Position numbers and translations under genes: made by a program
DNA from: a bacterium
GTDB lineage: Bacteria; Krumholzibacteriota; Krumholzibacteriia; G020349025
NCBI GenBank assembly: GCA_031362565.1
Contig: JANLSU010000051.1
Span: forward strand, 26,566-90,565
Length of the DNA stretch: 64,000 nt
Direction of reading: 5' to 3'
In this document: one piece after another, positions 8,682 to 18,287 of the stretch
Position numbering within the stretch: the first letter of the stretch is position 1
Layout of the letters: each line of letters opens with the position of its first letter
The notes under the pieces: model-generated
Databases searched by the model: none
Seen by the model: the letters and a program-made list of their open reading frames with translations, nothing else
What the model was told of the DNA's origin: nothing

Positions 8682-10919
8682 TCAGAAGCGCAAGAGATAG
8701 CTCAACTTCGTGAACAGCCGGCGCTCCGACAGAATGGTCGGGTCGCCGGACCCCGGCGCGCCCGTGTCGTCGAGCGCCGTGTAGACATCCGTGTAGCCCA
8801 CGTACACCGCAGTGCCTGGACGCACGAAGTAGGACATCAACACGTCGGGCGCCAGGCGCTTGCTGCGAGCCCGCGCGAAAAGGTCCGGATTGGCGAGCAA
8901 CCCGTCGTAGTCGACGATGGTTCGCAGTGCCAAGGTGCGGGTGAATTGCAACGCCACCCGCAGGCGTGCCGTGTGGTGATCGAAGATCACCGCCGTGCCG
9001 GGGACACCCACTGCACCGGGCAGGGTACGGAGCCGGTTGTACAGGTATGTGCCGCGAATCTGCAGGCGCGGTGCGGGCCGCACCGTGATGTCGAACGTGC
9101 CGGTGACGACTCTCGCCGGTTCCGGTGACCGGCCCGCCGCCGGAGAAAAATTGGGCGCCACTCCAATATCGAGGGTTTCGGAGACTCCCAGGCACCGCCA
9201 CCAGTTGGTGCTGGCATTGAACGTCGTGAGATGGCCGCGAATGCCTACCGCACCGCGGCGATCGAAACTTTCGACGCGGCGGCAAAAGAGCGACGTCTGG
9301 CCGCGCAAGTCGACTTGAAATGGAAATCGCACGATCCATTCGCGCCGTCCGCCCGCATGATCCCAGCCGACTCGGAAGAACGAGTTGGGTCCGTATGCCA
9401 GCACCGGCCCGTGTCGCGGCCGCCACCGGTACTCGCCATAGTGTTCCAACAGGCGAACATCAGTGCGCGGCGAAAACCCGAGTTCGGTATGAAACTCGGG
9501 ACTGCGGTCCAAGTACAGCAAGCTCACCTGTGCGCCGCGTCCGGTGCGTTTGAGGTGCACGTTCGCGGCAAGGCCCGCCGGTGATGCTCCGGAGGTGCCG
9601 GTGCGGCTCGCGGCAACCCACGCGGCCAGCGTCCAAGCCGGCCAGAGCCGGGCCCGCACATCGAGGGCCCCGACGTCGTTGGCGCGCCGCGCCAGATTCC
9701 AGTGGGTCGCGGTACCGGCGAGGGTCCAACCGGGCCGGATGACACGTTGAATGCGCGCCACGCCGATCGCCGTATTGCGTTCGCGATCGGCATCGCCCGG
9801 TTGCAGACGATGGCCCGGCGCTGCGTCGTCGGCAATGAGCGCCCCCACGGCCCAGGCCCCGGCGCGGCCCGTGATGCGCACGCCCGCATTCGGGTCGGCG
9901 ATGCGGCGCGAGAAGAACAATGTTTCGGCAGCGCCGCGGTTCAGGTCCACGGCGCCCATCTGAAAGAACCCGGCGTTTTCCAGGAAGAACGGCCGCTTCT
10001 CGGGAAAGAAAACTTCGAAGCGCTGGTTGCTCGTGACCTGCGGTTCGTCGGATTCGATCTGACTGAAGTCCGGATTGACCGTGAGATCGAGCGCGAAGGC
10101 GTTGCGGACCACGACCTTCGCGTCGGCGCCGCCGGCGGCGTGCCGCGTCCAATCGAGCCCCGCGCCGCGCCGCGGGCGGTGCGCTTCGGCGTCGGCAACG
10201 CCGTACGGCACGATCTGCAAATCGTGCCCGGCGTCGACGCCTGCGAGCCGCACCGCGGCCAGCTGTTGCACGGTGCCCTCGACACGCCGGGTGACGGCGG
10301 GCCAAAACACCTGCTCGTTGGTGCGCGGGATGACGCGCGTCAGGCCGATCGCCCAGGTTTGCAATACGGCATGTTGGACGCGCAGGCTCTTGAATGGAAT
10401 CGCGAACCGCAGCCAATAGCCGTCCGATTCGATGCGTGACTCGACGTCCCAAATGGCGTCGAAGGCGAAGTCGTCGTCTTGGCCATCGGTCAGCAACGCA
10501 TCGGACTGCACGCCACGCGGATTGGCAAGAAACAGATAGGCGTGACGCCGGTCGTGAAACGTGTCGAGAATGACGCCCGCTTGGTCGTCGCCGGCGATGG
10601 CTTCCCGGCGCGCCAGGCGCGCCCGCATTCCGTCCGGCTGAGTTTCCGCGCAATGGAAGACGACGACCAGCGTCGCACCGTCCTGCACCAGCCAGGCGCG
10701 CGTCGGTTGTGAAGCCGGCGTTCCGTCGCCGGGTTCGCGCTGTACGAAGGAGTCAACGGCCAAGCACGAGTCGCCGGCCGTGCCCGCGACCCAAGCCGCG
10801 AGCGGCGGGATGTTGCGCCGCAATGGAATCGCGGTCGTCGAGGTGTCGAACGATTGCGCCCCGGCAACGGCGACCCCGGCTGCCAGAATTCCACTCGCGC
10901 GCCCCAGATGTCGAAGCAT
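8682..10919 (-). CDS. DUF5916 / CBM9-like domain outer-membrane protein
   Basis: LDTFHDRR.AYLF.ANP.GVQ.D, AIPFKSLR, LDLTVNPDFSQIESD, RFEVFFPEKRPFFLE, FFSRRI; beta-barrel-type end FTKLSYLLRF. Confidence 0.8.
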   Translation of the reverse strand: MLRHLGRASGILAAGVAVAGAQSFDTSTTAIPLRRNIPPLAAWVAGTAGDSCLAVDSFVQREPGDGTPASQPTRAWLVQDGATLVVVFHCAETQPDGMRARLARREAIAGDDQAGVILDTFHDRRHAYLFLANPRGVQSDALLTDGQDDDFAFDAIWDVESRIESDGYWLRFAIPFKSLRVQHAVLQTWAIGLTRVIPRTNEQVFWPAVTRRVEGTVQQLAAVRLAGVDAGHDLQIVPYGVADAEAHRPRRGAGLDWTRHAAGGADAKVVVRNAFALDLTVNPDFSQIESDEPQVTSNQRFEVFFPEKRPFFLENAGFFQMGAVDLNRGAAETLFFSRRIADPNAGVRITGRAGAWAVGALIADDAAPGHRLQPGDADRERNTAIGVARIQRVIRPGWTLAGTATHWNLARRANDVGALDVRARLWPAWTLAAWVAASRTGTSGASPAGLAANVHLKRTGRGAQVSLLYLDRSPEFHTELGFSPRTDVRLLEHYGEYRWRPRHGPVLAYGPNSFFRVGWDHAGGRREWIVRFPFQVDLRGQTSLFCRRVESFDRRGAVGIRGHLTTFNASTNWWRCLGVSETLDIGVAPNFSPAAGRSPEPARVVTGTFDITVRPAPRLQIRGTYLYNRLRTLPGAVGVPGTAVIFDHHTARLRVALQFTRTLALRTIVDYDGLLANPDLFARARSKRLAPDVLMSYFVRPGTAVYVGYTDVYTALDDTGAPGSGDPTILSERRLFTKLSYLLRF

Positions 10920-11001
10920 TGCGTACCGGCCCCCTTTCGCGACCGACGGCGCGGTCACGCAACGAGACTTGCACGCGCAAAGCAATGCGTCTTGAACGGT
11001 G

Positions 11002-11838
11002 TCAGCCGCGGCGTTGAACGGATGCGATCTTCGATGGTCGAACTGCAGCGCGGTAGCGGCCGGGCGGCGTGCCGGTGATGCGGGCGAAGGAGCGGGTGAA
11101 GTGGCTCTGGTCGGCGAAGCCCGCCGCGAACGCGATCGCGGCGAGAGACGCATCGGTTCGCAAGAGTTGGGCGCGTGCCCAGTCGACGCGCTGGCCGCGC
11201 ACGAATTCGCTCGGCGTCACGCCGGCGTGGAGGCGGAAGACGCGCGTCAAATGCGCCGGATGAACCCCGGCTTTGGCCGCAAGATCGGCGACGACGAGCG
11301 GCTCGCGGTACTGGGTGCGCAACGCCTCAAGAACCGGCGCGAGCCACTCGGGACGGCCTTGCGGCAATTGCGGGCCGGCACCGCGCCCGACTTGCGCCAG
11401 AAGCTCGAGCACCAGCCCCTCGATTGCGAGGCGCGACAGGCCGTCGTCCGCCCGGATCTCGTTGGCGAGAGCTTCAACCAACGCCGCGACCGGACCCGCG
11501 GCCACGTGCCGGATGTCCGAGAACGAGGCACCGGCGAACTGCAAACGCGACTCCGGCAACTCGACCAGCAGACAGTCCGCACCGGTCGGGCCATAGCGAT
11601 TGGCGTGCACGGCGCCCGCCGGTTTGAAGAGCACGGAATGCGCCCCGCACTCGAACGTCGCGGCCGGAAAGGATTCTTCGAAGCTGCCGCGCAACACGCA
11701 GGTCAGTGACGCCGGGGCGTGCGCGTGGCGGGGCAAGGTCAGGCCGGCGGGATGCCGGGTCTCGATGACGTTCACATCGCCGGCGCGCACGCTGCGAACC
11801 AAGTCGCCCTGCGTCGTCGGCTGAAAGGCCATGGTCAC
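11002..11838 (-). CDS. AraC family transcriptional regulator (cupin + HTH)
   Basis: LPRHAH...HAN cupin; GVHPAHLTRVFR, IAFAAGFADQSHFTRSF...G.PPGRYR; GTGA overlap with chrB stop. Confidence 0.9.
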   Translation of the reverse strand: MTMAFQPTTQGDLVRSVRAGDVNVIETRHPAGLTLPRHAHAPASLTCVLRGSFEESFPAATFECGAHSVLFKPAGAVHANRYGPTGADCLLVELPESRLQFAGASFSDIRHVAAGPVAALVEALANEIRADDGLSRLAIEGLVLELLAQVGRGAGPQLPQGRPEWLAPVLEALRTQYREPLVVADLAAKAGVHPAHLTRVFRLHAGVTPSEFVRGQRVDWARAQLLRTDASLAAIAFAAGFADQSHFTRSFARITGTPPGRYRAAVRPSKIASVQRRG

Positions 11839-12620
11839 GCCCGGCGCTTCCTAAAGGACGCGTAGAGATCATCGAACACCGCCGCGCCGCGCGCCAATCG
11901 GGTTGCATCATCGTCGTGGGCCGACGCGATTCCACGCATCAGGGTTGCGACTCCGGCGGTCTCGGGCCGTCCAAAGCGCTCGTCCTTGCAGTCGATGTCG
12001 TGCACGATCTCGGCAATCCAGCCGATGGCCCGGTCGGCGACTCCAAACCGCTTCACCAGCGTCTGAAACGTGCACTCCTCGCCGACATGGGTGTATTCCG
12101 CTTCGAACATGTCGAAACGCAGCTCCCCGGGCGATGGCTGGTAGCCACGCGCCGCAACGAACTTGAATTGCGCCACCGGATCGATGCAGCGGCGAATCAA
12201 CCAGGCGCTCGCGATGCGATCGACGTGGACACCTTGGCGAGTCACCCACGTGCGCCCCGGTTCGACGCGTTGCGCGGCGGCTTCTTTCGCGGCGGCTTCC
12301 GGCGCGTTACCGCTCTCCGTTTCAAGCATGGCGTCCAGCTCCTCGTCTGAAATACCCTCGATGAACCCGGCTTCGACGATCAGTGCGCTGCCGCCATCGG
12401 CTTCGATCTCCTCGCGCAGCCAGTGAAAGTCTTCGACCGCTTCGTCGGTGTGCGGCAACAGGTAGACGGTGTGCTTGAGCGCCACCGCCCCGAGCTGTCG
12501 CAACCGGCGGCGCACCTTCACCCGCAGATAGTCCGGTTTCGGCGGCACCTGGTGGATGAGGAGCAGCCAGGAGCGGGCGCTGGCGGGCTTTTTGGCTTCT
12601 GTCGCAATAGAATCATTCAT
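11835..12620 (-). CDS. chrB: Chromate resistance protein ChrB family regulator
   Basis: WLLLIHQVPPKPDYLRVKV.RRL..LGAV.LK..VYLLP (ChrB_N); WVTR...HVDRIASAWLIRR.ID, FDM....THVGE.CTF (ChrB_C). Confidence 0.85.
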   Translation of the reverse strand: MNDSIATEAKKPASARSWLLLIHQVPPKPDYLRVKVRRRLRQLGAVALKHTVYLLPHTDEAVEDFHWLREEIEADGGSALIVEAGFIEGISDEELDAMLETESGNAPEAAAKEAAAQRVEPGRTWVTRQGVHVDRIASAWLIRRCIDPVAQFKFVAARGYQPSPGELRFDMFEAEYTHVGEECTFQTLVKRFGVADRAIGWIAEIVHDIDCKDERFGRPETAGVATLMRGIASAHDDDATRLARGAAVFDDLYASFRKRRA

Positions 12621-12627
12621 TGATTCA

Positions 12628-12656
12628 ACTGTATCAGAAGCACTGGCGGCTGTCAA
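12628..12656 (-). promoter_or_regulatory. Sigma70 promoter of chrB (probably leaderless)
   Basis: TTGACA-17 nt-TACAGT with extended -10 TG; ATG lies 7 nt after the -10 box. Confidence 0.75.
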
Positions 12657-12723
12657 CGACCGGATGACCGCGGGCGTTCGACCGATTACTCTCGCGGCAA
12701 TCGCCTGGAGCTGAGCTGTTGCC

Positions 12724-14040
12724 GTGATCCGACCGAACCGAAGTCCGTCGCGCGCGATTCACCTCGCCGCCCTTCTCGGCTGCCTGCTGCGGGCCACACC
12801 GGCCGGCGCGCAAGCCGAGATGGCGAGCGCGGCGCGCGCCTTCTATCGCCAGGCGGTGCAGGCGTATCAAAAGCAAGACTTCGCCTCGGCGCGTGACCTC
12901 ATGGCCCAGGCCCAAACGGCGTGGCCCAGCCAATCGGCCTACGTGCTCGGCCTGGCGACGATGTGGGCGCGGACCGGCGACAGCAAAGAGACAGCCCGCT
13001 GGCTGAACTACTACGCCGATCTTGGACTCGGGCAGGACTTGAGCCAGAACGAAGCCTTCGCGGCGGTGCGGGCAAAGCCCGCCGTGCGCCGGGCCATCGC
13101 GCGCGTCGCCGCCAATCGCCACCCCATCGCCAAGAGCAGCGTCGCCGCCCGCCTCACCGAGCCGGACTTCTTCCCCGAAGGCATTGCGAGCGACGACTCG
13201 ACGCATGACTTGTACGTGGCCAGCGTGCGGCACCGAAAAATTGCCCGCGTTCGGCCCAGCGGACAGAGCGCCGATTTCGTCACCGAGGGGCAGGACGGAC
13301 TCTGCGCCGTGCTCGGGGTGCGCGTCGATGCGACGCGCCGGCTGCTCTGGGCCACCACCGCCGGTATTCCACAAATGGCGGGATACACCGCTGCCGACAG
13401 CGGCCGCGGCGGTCTCTTCGCATTTGATCTCGCCACCGGTGAACTTCGGCATCGCCTGTGGCTGCCGGCGGTGGCCAGCGGGCACATTCTGGGCGATTTA
13501 CTCGTGACACCGAGCGGCGATGTGTATGCGACCGACAGCCAAGACCCTGCCGTGTATCTCGTGCGCGCCGGGGCGGACAGCGTCGAGCAATTCCTGACGC
13601 ATCCGCAGTTTCGATCGCTCCAAGGATTGGTGCTCGCACCGAACGGCGGTGCCTTGATCCTGGCGGATTATTCGCACGGCCTCTTTCGCGTCGATCTCGC
13701 ATCGAAGGCCGTGCAATGGCTCGGATTCCCGGCCGGCGTGACCGTGCTCGGGCTCGACGGACTGGCGCGTGACGGACAATCGCTCGTCGCCATTCAGAAC
13801 GGCGTGGCTCCGGCGCGGGTGGTGCGTCTGCGCCTCGATGCAGACGCCGGACGCGTAGTGGCGCTCGAAGTTCTCGACCGCCACCTGCCGGTCGCCGACC
13901 AACCGACCATCGGGACGCTTTCCGGGCGCGATTTCTACTACGTGGCCAACAGCCAGTGGGAGCAGTATCAAGACGACGGCCGGCTCCGCGACGGAGCCGG
14001 GCTCGAAGCGCCCGTCATTCTGCGGCTCCGAGTTCGCTAG
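12724..14040 (+). CDS. Secreted protein: N-terminal TPR-like helices + SMP-30/gluconolactonase-like beta-propeller
   Basis: Signal peptide; FFPEGIA.D...LYVASV..RKI, GDVYATDS, LADYSHGL, GLDGL, YYVANSQW. Confidence 0.7.
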   Translation: MIRPNRSPSRAIHLAALLGCLLRATPAGAQAEMASAARAFYRQAVQAYQKQDFASARDLMAQAQTAWPSQSAYVLGLATMWARTGDSKETARWLNYYADLGLGQDLSQNEAFAAVRAKPAVRRAIARVAANRHPIAKSSVAARLTEPDFFPEGIASDDSTHDLYVASVRHRKIARVRPSGQSADFVTEGQDGLCAVLGVRVDATRRLLWATTAGIPQMAGYTAADSGRGGLFAFDLATGELRHRLWLPAVASGHILGDLLVTPSGDVYATDSQDPAVYLVRAGADSVEQFLTHPQFRSLQGLVLAPNGGALILADYSHGLFRVDLASKAVQWLGFPAGVTVLGLDGLARDGQSLVAIQNGVAPARVVRLRLDADAGRVVALEVLDRHLPVADQPTIGTLSGRDFYYVANSQWEQYQDDGRLRDGAGLEAPVILRLRVR

Positions 14041-14065
14041 AAAACCTGAGTGGAGACTTGCGCGC

Positions 14066-14524
14066 ATGCTGTTGTCCGAGATTTTGCTGCGTGACATCGT
14101 ACCGATTCTGCAGGTCGCCGTCGGGCCGGTGATTTTGATTTCCGGCATCGGCCTCTTGCTCCTATCGATGACGAATCGCTTCGGACGGGTCATCGATCGC
14201 TCACGGCAATTGTCGCTCGCATTGCGCTCGGCCGCCGGTGAAGAGCGCGCCATCGTCACGTCGCAAATCGCCATTCTCTCAACGCGGGCGCTCTTGGTAC
14301 GGCGGGCGATCGTTCTCGCAACCCTGAGCGTGCTGTGTGCCGCGGTGCTCGTGATCACGCTCTTTGTCGCTGCCGTATGCGGCTGGGAAAGTGCCGTCCT
14401 GGCGGTCACGCTGTTCGTCTGCTGCCTGGTGTGCCTCATCGGGGCGCTGGTCGTGTTCCTTCAGGACATCAACCTGTCGCTCGCAGCCTTGAAGCTGGAG
14501 ATCGCGGCCCGGCAGAACAATTGA
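14066..14524 (+). CDS. DUF2721 family membrane protein
   Basis: LQVAVGPVILISGIGLLLLSMTNRFGRVIDRSR.L; three hydrophobic segments; FLQDI.LS. Confidence 0.75.
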   Translation: MLLSEILLRDIVPILQVAVGPVILISGIGLLLLSMTNRFGRVIDRSRQLSLALRSAAGEERAIVTSQIAILSTRALLVRRAIVLATLSVLCAAVLVITLFVAAVCGWESAVLAVTLFVCCLVCLIGALVVFLQDINLSLAALKLEIAARQNN

Positions 14525-14528
14525 AGCC

Positions 14529-15392
14529 TCAGGGGCGTCCGGCATCCGAGAGAGCGGCTTGCAGCGAGTCGGCGAGTGTGCTGTGCAACGCTTGGAGCGC
14601 ATCGTACTGGACCCGCGCCGCGTTCCGGTTGCCGCTCGCGGCCAAGGCCCGGCCGAGTGCGTAGTGCCCGGTGGCAACATCGGGGAGGAGCCGCACGAAC
14701 TGTTGCAGTGCGGCGATCTCGTCGCGCCGCTTGCCGCGCTTTGCCGCGGCGCGCGCCAAATGGAAATAGGCGGCTGCGAAGTCCGGTTTGACGCGCGTCG
14801 CCCGCGTCAGCGCCACAACTTCGTCATCCCAGCGGCCCACCTTGCCGTACACCACACCTAGATGAAACAACGCATCCGCATCATCGGGCCGGAGTCGCGC
14901 CGCGTGGCGCAAGGCCGCGATTGCGTCGCGGTGCCGGGCGAGCCGGTCGTACACCATCCCGAGTTGGAAGTACGCCCAAGCGCAGTCCGCCTGCAAGCGG
15001 ACCGCTTGCTGGAGAGTTGCCACTTCGTCTTGCCAGCGCTCGGTCTTCTCGTAAACCGTGGCAAGTCCAGCCAGTGCCTCGACGTTCGGCGTGATGCGGA
15101 ACGAGCGCTGGTACGCTTCGATCGACTCCGGCCAATGCTTCATCTTGAAGTAAGCGAAACCGAGGCGCCGGCAGGCGTCGGGGCGCGCGGGATCGAGCCG
15201 CAGCGCGGCTTCGTAGGCACTGACGGCACTCATCCACGCCTCGCGATCCGACTCGTCGTTGCCCACCGCGACGAGACTGTCGGCCCGGCCCGGCGCGGCC
15301 GGCCCAGCGGCCTCGGCTTGCCCCGCTACGGCCAAGATGCATACCAGCGCACTCAGCGTCATCCGGCGCGCGCCGTGAAGGAGGCGTTTCAT
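14529..15392 (-). CDS. Exported tetratricopeptide repeat protein
   Basis: ATGA overlap with MFS stop; signal peptide; repeated A...LG..Y.......A...L..A.RL.PD units. Confidence 0.8.
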   Translation of the reverse strand: MKRLLHGARRMTLSALVCILAVAGQAEAAGPAAPGRADSLVAVGNDESDREAWMSAVSAYEAALRLDPARPDACRRLGFAYFKMKHWPESIEAYQRSFRITPNVEALAGLATVYEKTERWQDEVATLQQAVRLQADCAWAYFQLGMVYDRLARHRDAIAALRHAARLRPDDADALFHLGVVYGKVGRWDDEVVALTRATRVKPDFAAAYFHLARAAAKRGKRRDEIAALQQFVRLLPDVATGHYALGRALAASGNRNAARVQYDALQALHSTLADSLQAALSDAGRP

Positions 15393-16642
15393 CGCCGCCT
15401 CGCGAAGCCGAGAATCGCCGCGCCGCTCAAGCACGCCACGCCGGCGGCGCCGAAGGCAATGAGCGGGCCGCACGCCGACCAGAGAATCCCGACGAGCGAA
15501 CTCGAGAGCAGATCCCCGATGCCGCTCACCGCTGCCAGCGTGCCGTAGGCGGTACCGCGCAATGCCGACGGCACCTCGAGCGCGACGACCGTCGCCTCGA
15601 GCGTTTCGACATACGCCAGGCAAAGTCCGGCGATCGCAAACAGCACTGCCAGCATCGGCACCGAGGGCAGTGCAAAGGCCGCCAGCAACGCGGTCATGGC
15701 GCCAAGCACGTAGCCGTGCACGAGCAGGCGCCGCGGACTGGTGCGATCCGCGAAGCGTCCGATCGGATATGCGGCCGCCGCATAGACGAGGTTGTGCAAC
15801 GCGTACAGCCCGATCGCCGTCGTCGCGGCAAGCGGCATTCCGAGTTTCGGCTCCAAGAGACGCGTGGCATGCAAGATGAGGAGCGTGCGCGCGAAGTCGC
15901 CGATGCCGAACACGAATGTCGCAACAAGAAAGCCGCGAAAACGGCGCGGCAAGGCGGCGAGGCTCGTGTGCAGCGCACGGCGCTCCACACTGCCGGGACG
16001 CAGTTCGGGTTTGACGAGGATGGCGAACACCAAGGCCGCCAGCAATCCCGGCAAGAGACTCCACGCCAGCACGTGCCGCAGCGGCATGGTGCGCACCAAC
16101 AGGATGGCGATCAGCGGACCGAGCACCGCACCCGTCGAATCGAGAGCGCGCTGGAAGCCGAAGGCGCGGCCACGGGCGCGGCGCGGCACGGAATCGGCGA
16201 GCAGCGCATTGCGCGCCGGGGCGCGAATGCCGCGCGAAATCCAGCCGCCGCTCCGCGTCAGCAGGACGTGCGTCCAGGTCGCGCAAACCGCATAAGCGCC
16301 GTTCGACACGCCGGTCAAGAAATAGCCCAGGACGGCGATCGGCTTGCGCCATCGCGGGTGGTCCGCGAGCCAGCCACCGACCAGCTTCGCGGCGCTCGAC
16401 AGACCGTCTGCGACACCTTCGATCACCCCGAGCACTGCCGGCGGTGCGCCGAGCGAGGCAAGGAATGTCGGGAGCGCAGCGGTCGTCGTCTCGTGTCCGA
16501 TGTCCGACAGGAAGCTCGCCACTCCGAAGCCCAGGACGGAACGGTTGAGCCATCCACGCGCCGCAGGTCGCGACGATGGTGCCGGGACGGCCGGGTCGAC
16601 ACCGGCATTCAGGGCGCTCTGCTCGGAATTGGATGTGGCCAC
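15389..16642 (-). CDS. MFS transporter
   Basis: GTG with GAGGT RBS; SFLSDIGHE, LGVIEGVAD, GWLAD...RKP, RGIR.PARNALLADSV...RGRAFGFQRALDS.GAV.GP; ~12 TM. Confidence 0.88.
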   Translation of the reverse strand: MATSNSEQSALNAGVDPAVPAPSSRPAARGWLNRSVLGFGVASFLSDIGHETTTAALPTFLASLGAPPAVLGVIEGVADGLSSAAKLVGGWLADHPRWRKPIAVLGYFLTGVSNGAYAVCATWTHVLLTRSGGWISRGIRAPARNALLADSVPRRARGRAFGFQRALDSTGAVLGPLIAILLVRTMPLRHVLAWSLLPGLLAALVFAILVKPELRPGSVERRALHTSLAALPRRFRGFLVATFVFGIGDFARTLLILHATRLLEPKLGMPLAATTAIGLYALHNLVYAAAAYPIGRFADRTSPRRLLVHGYVLGAMTALLAAFALPSVPMLAVLFAIAGLCLAYVETLEATVVALEVPSALRGTAYGTLAAVSGIGDLLSSSLVGILWSACGPLIAFGAAGVACLSGAAILGFARRR

Positions 16643-16800
16643 GAAAGCACCTCGAATACAGGGACCATGCCAAGGCCCGCGTGGAATTCGCGTATACTCT
16701 TCCCGTGGCGCGCGATTCAACTCTTCGAGAAGCATCGCTGGCGGTTTCGTACTCGCCGCGCACCGTCGAGGTCCATTCACCCGGGGTGCGCCGTGAGACC

Positions 16801-17379
16801 ATGCTCGTGCTGCGCGTCGGGTTTCAAGTTCTCTTCTGGTGGGCGGTCTTGATCGCCGGCGAACGCGGCCTGGCAGCGCACCCAGGCGCCAACGCCGTAG
16901 CACGCCTCGCCCCCGGGCAAGCTGCCTTCGCCGATCTGCCGTCCGCGGATCAGCGTACGTTTCGGGCCATTCAAGAAGGCGTCACCGAAGCCGAGCGGCT
17001 GCGGTCTTCCACCGGCCGCTGGCCTACGCCGGAGGAACTCGCCAGCCAAGGGATCCCACCGTTCGCACCGGACCCCATCGACCGCGATGGCTACACTTGG
17101 TCGATGCTGCAGAAGGATACCGACATCAATTACGTCGGCACGCCGGCGCCCGGCCATGCGCGGCCACGTTTCCTCGTGCTCATTGTCGAACCATCGCCGG
17201 GGATGGCCGACGATCCGCAGACGCCGACCGACGAGATTCACCATCGTCTGAACAACGGCATGATGCTGCACGTGACGATCATGATGCGGCCGCCCGGACG
17301 CAATCTCACCCAGCCTGGCACCTGGATGAACGGCGAAGAAGGCTGGACACAAGTCACCACCGGGGCCACCGGGCCCTGA
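16801..17379 (+). CDS. DUF6162-like protein (associated with Fpv-type metal ABC operons)
   Basis: N-terminal TM; L...DQ..F..IQEG..EA.......WPTPEELA..GIPPFAPDP; directly precedes metal SBP. Confidence 0.6.
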   Translation: MLVLRVGFQVLFWWAVLIAGERGLAAHPGANAVARLAPGQAAFADLPSADQRTFRAIQEGVTEAERLRSSTGRWPTPEELASQGIPPFAPDPIDRDGYTWSMLQKDTDINYVGTPAPGHARPRFLVLIVEPSPGMADDPQTPTDEIHHRLNNGMMLHVTIMMRPPGRNLTQPGTWMNGEEGWTQVTTGATGP

Positions 17380-17396
17380 ACGCTGGGAGTCGAATC

Positions 17397-18287
17397 ATGC
17401 GCCTGCTCGCGTTGCTTGGACTCGTGGCCGCGCTCCTCGCGCCGGCCGTGGGAGCCGCCACGGCGCCGCGCCCGTTGAAAATCGGCGTCACGTTGCACCC
17501 CTACTACTCGTGGACCATGAATGTCGTCGGCAACACACCGGGCGTCGAAGTGCGTGGCGTGCTGCCGGAAGAAGTCGACGCCGGGGATTACCAACCACGG
17601 CCCGACGACATCAAGAAGCTTGCCGACTTGGATGCGATCGTCATCAACGGCATCGGGCACGACGACTTTATTCTCGACATGATCAAAGCTTCCGGCAACA
17701 AACAACTCGTTGTCATCCGTCCGAACGACGTGACGCCGACGATCAAGTTCGCGACCGGCAACGCAGTCAATTCGCATACCTTCATTTCGTTCGGCAATGC
17801 CATTCAGCAGACGTACTACATCGCCAAGGAACTGGCCAAGCTGCGCCCCGAGGATGCGGCGGCGTTCGAGGCGAACGCCGCGGAGTATGCCCGCCGCCTG
17901 CGCACCATCAAAGCGGACGCCGCCACCAAGCTCGCCGCCGCCTCGATCGCCCGCGTGGTCACGGTGCATGATGGCTACAGTTATCTGCTGCAGGAATTCG
18001 GCATCGACTTGGCGGGCGTGGTGGAACCGGCCCACGGCCTCATTCCATCGGCGAAGGAATTGGCCGAGATCGTCACCATCGTCAAGAAGGAAAACGTCAA
18101 GGTCGTGCTGAGCGAAGCGACATTCTCCGACAAGCTCCTGCAAGTTTTGAAAGACGCGGGCGGCGTGCGGGTCTACATCATCAGCCATATCGCCACCGGG
18201 CAGTATGCGGCCGACAAGTTCGAGACGGAAATGCAAGCGAATGTCAACGCGCTGATTCAGGCGCTCGTCATCGATCCGAAAACTTGA
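17397..18287 (+). CDS. Metal ABC transporter substrate-binding protein (cluster A-I, FpvC-like)
   Basis: KIGVTLHPYYSW..NVVG, YQPRPDDIKKL, NGIGHDDF, NSHTFIS, TVHDGYSYLLQEFG, VVEPAHG, ISHI. Confidence 0.85.
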   Translation: MRLLALLGLVAALLAPAVGAATAPRPLKIGVTLHPYYSWTMNVVGNTPGVEVRGVLPEEVDAGDYQPRPDDIKKLADLDAIVINGIGHDDFILDMIKASGNKQLVVIRPNDVTPTIKFATGNAVNSHTFISFGNAIQQTYYIAKELAKLRPEDAAAFEANAAEYARRLRTIKADAATKLAAASIARVVTVHDGYSYLLQEFGIDLAGVVEPAHGLIPSAKELAEIVTIVKKENVKVVLSEATFSDKLLQVLKDAGGVRVYIISHIATGQYAADKFETEMQANVNALIQALVIDPKT

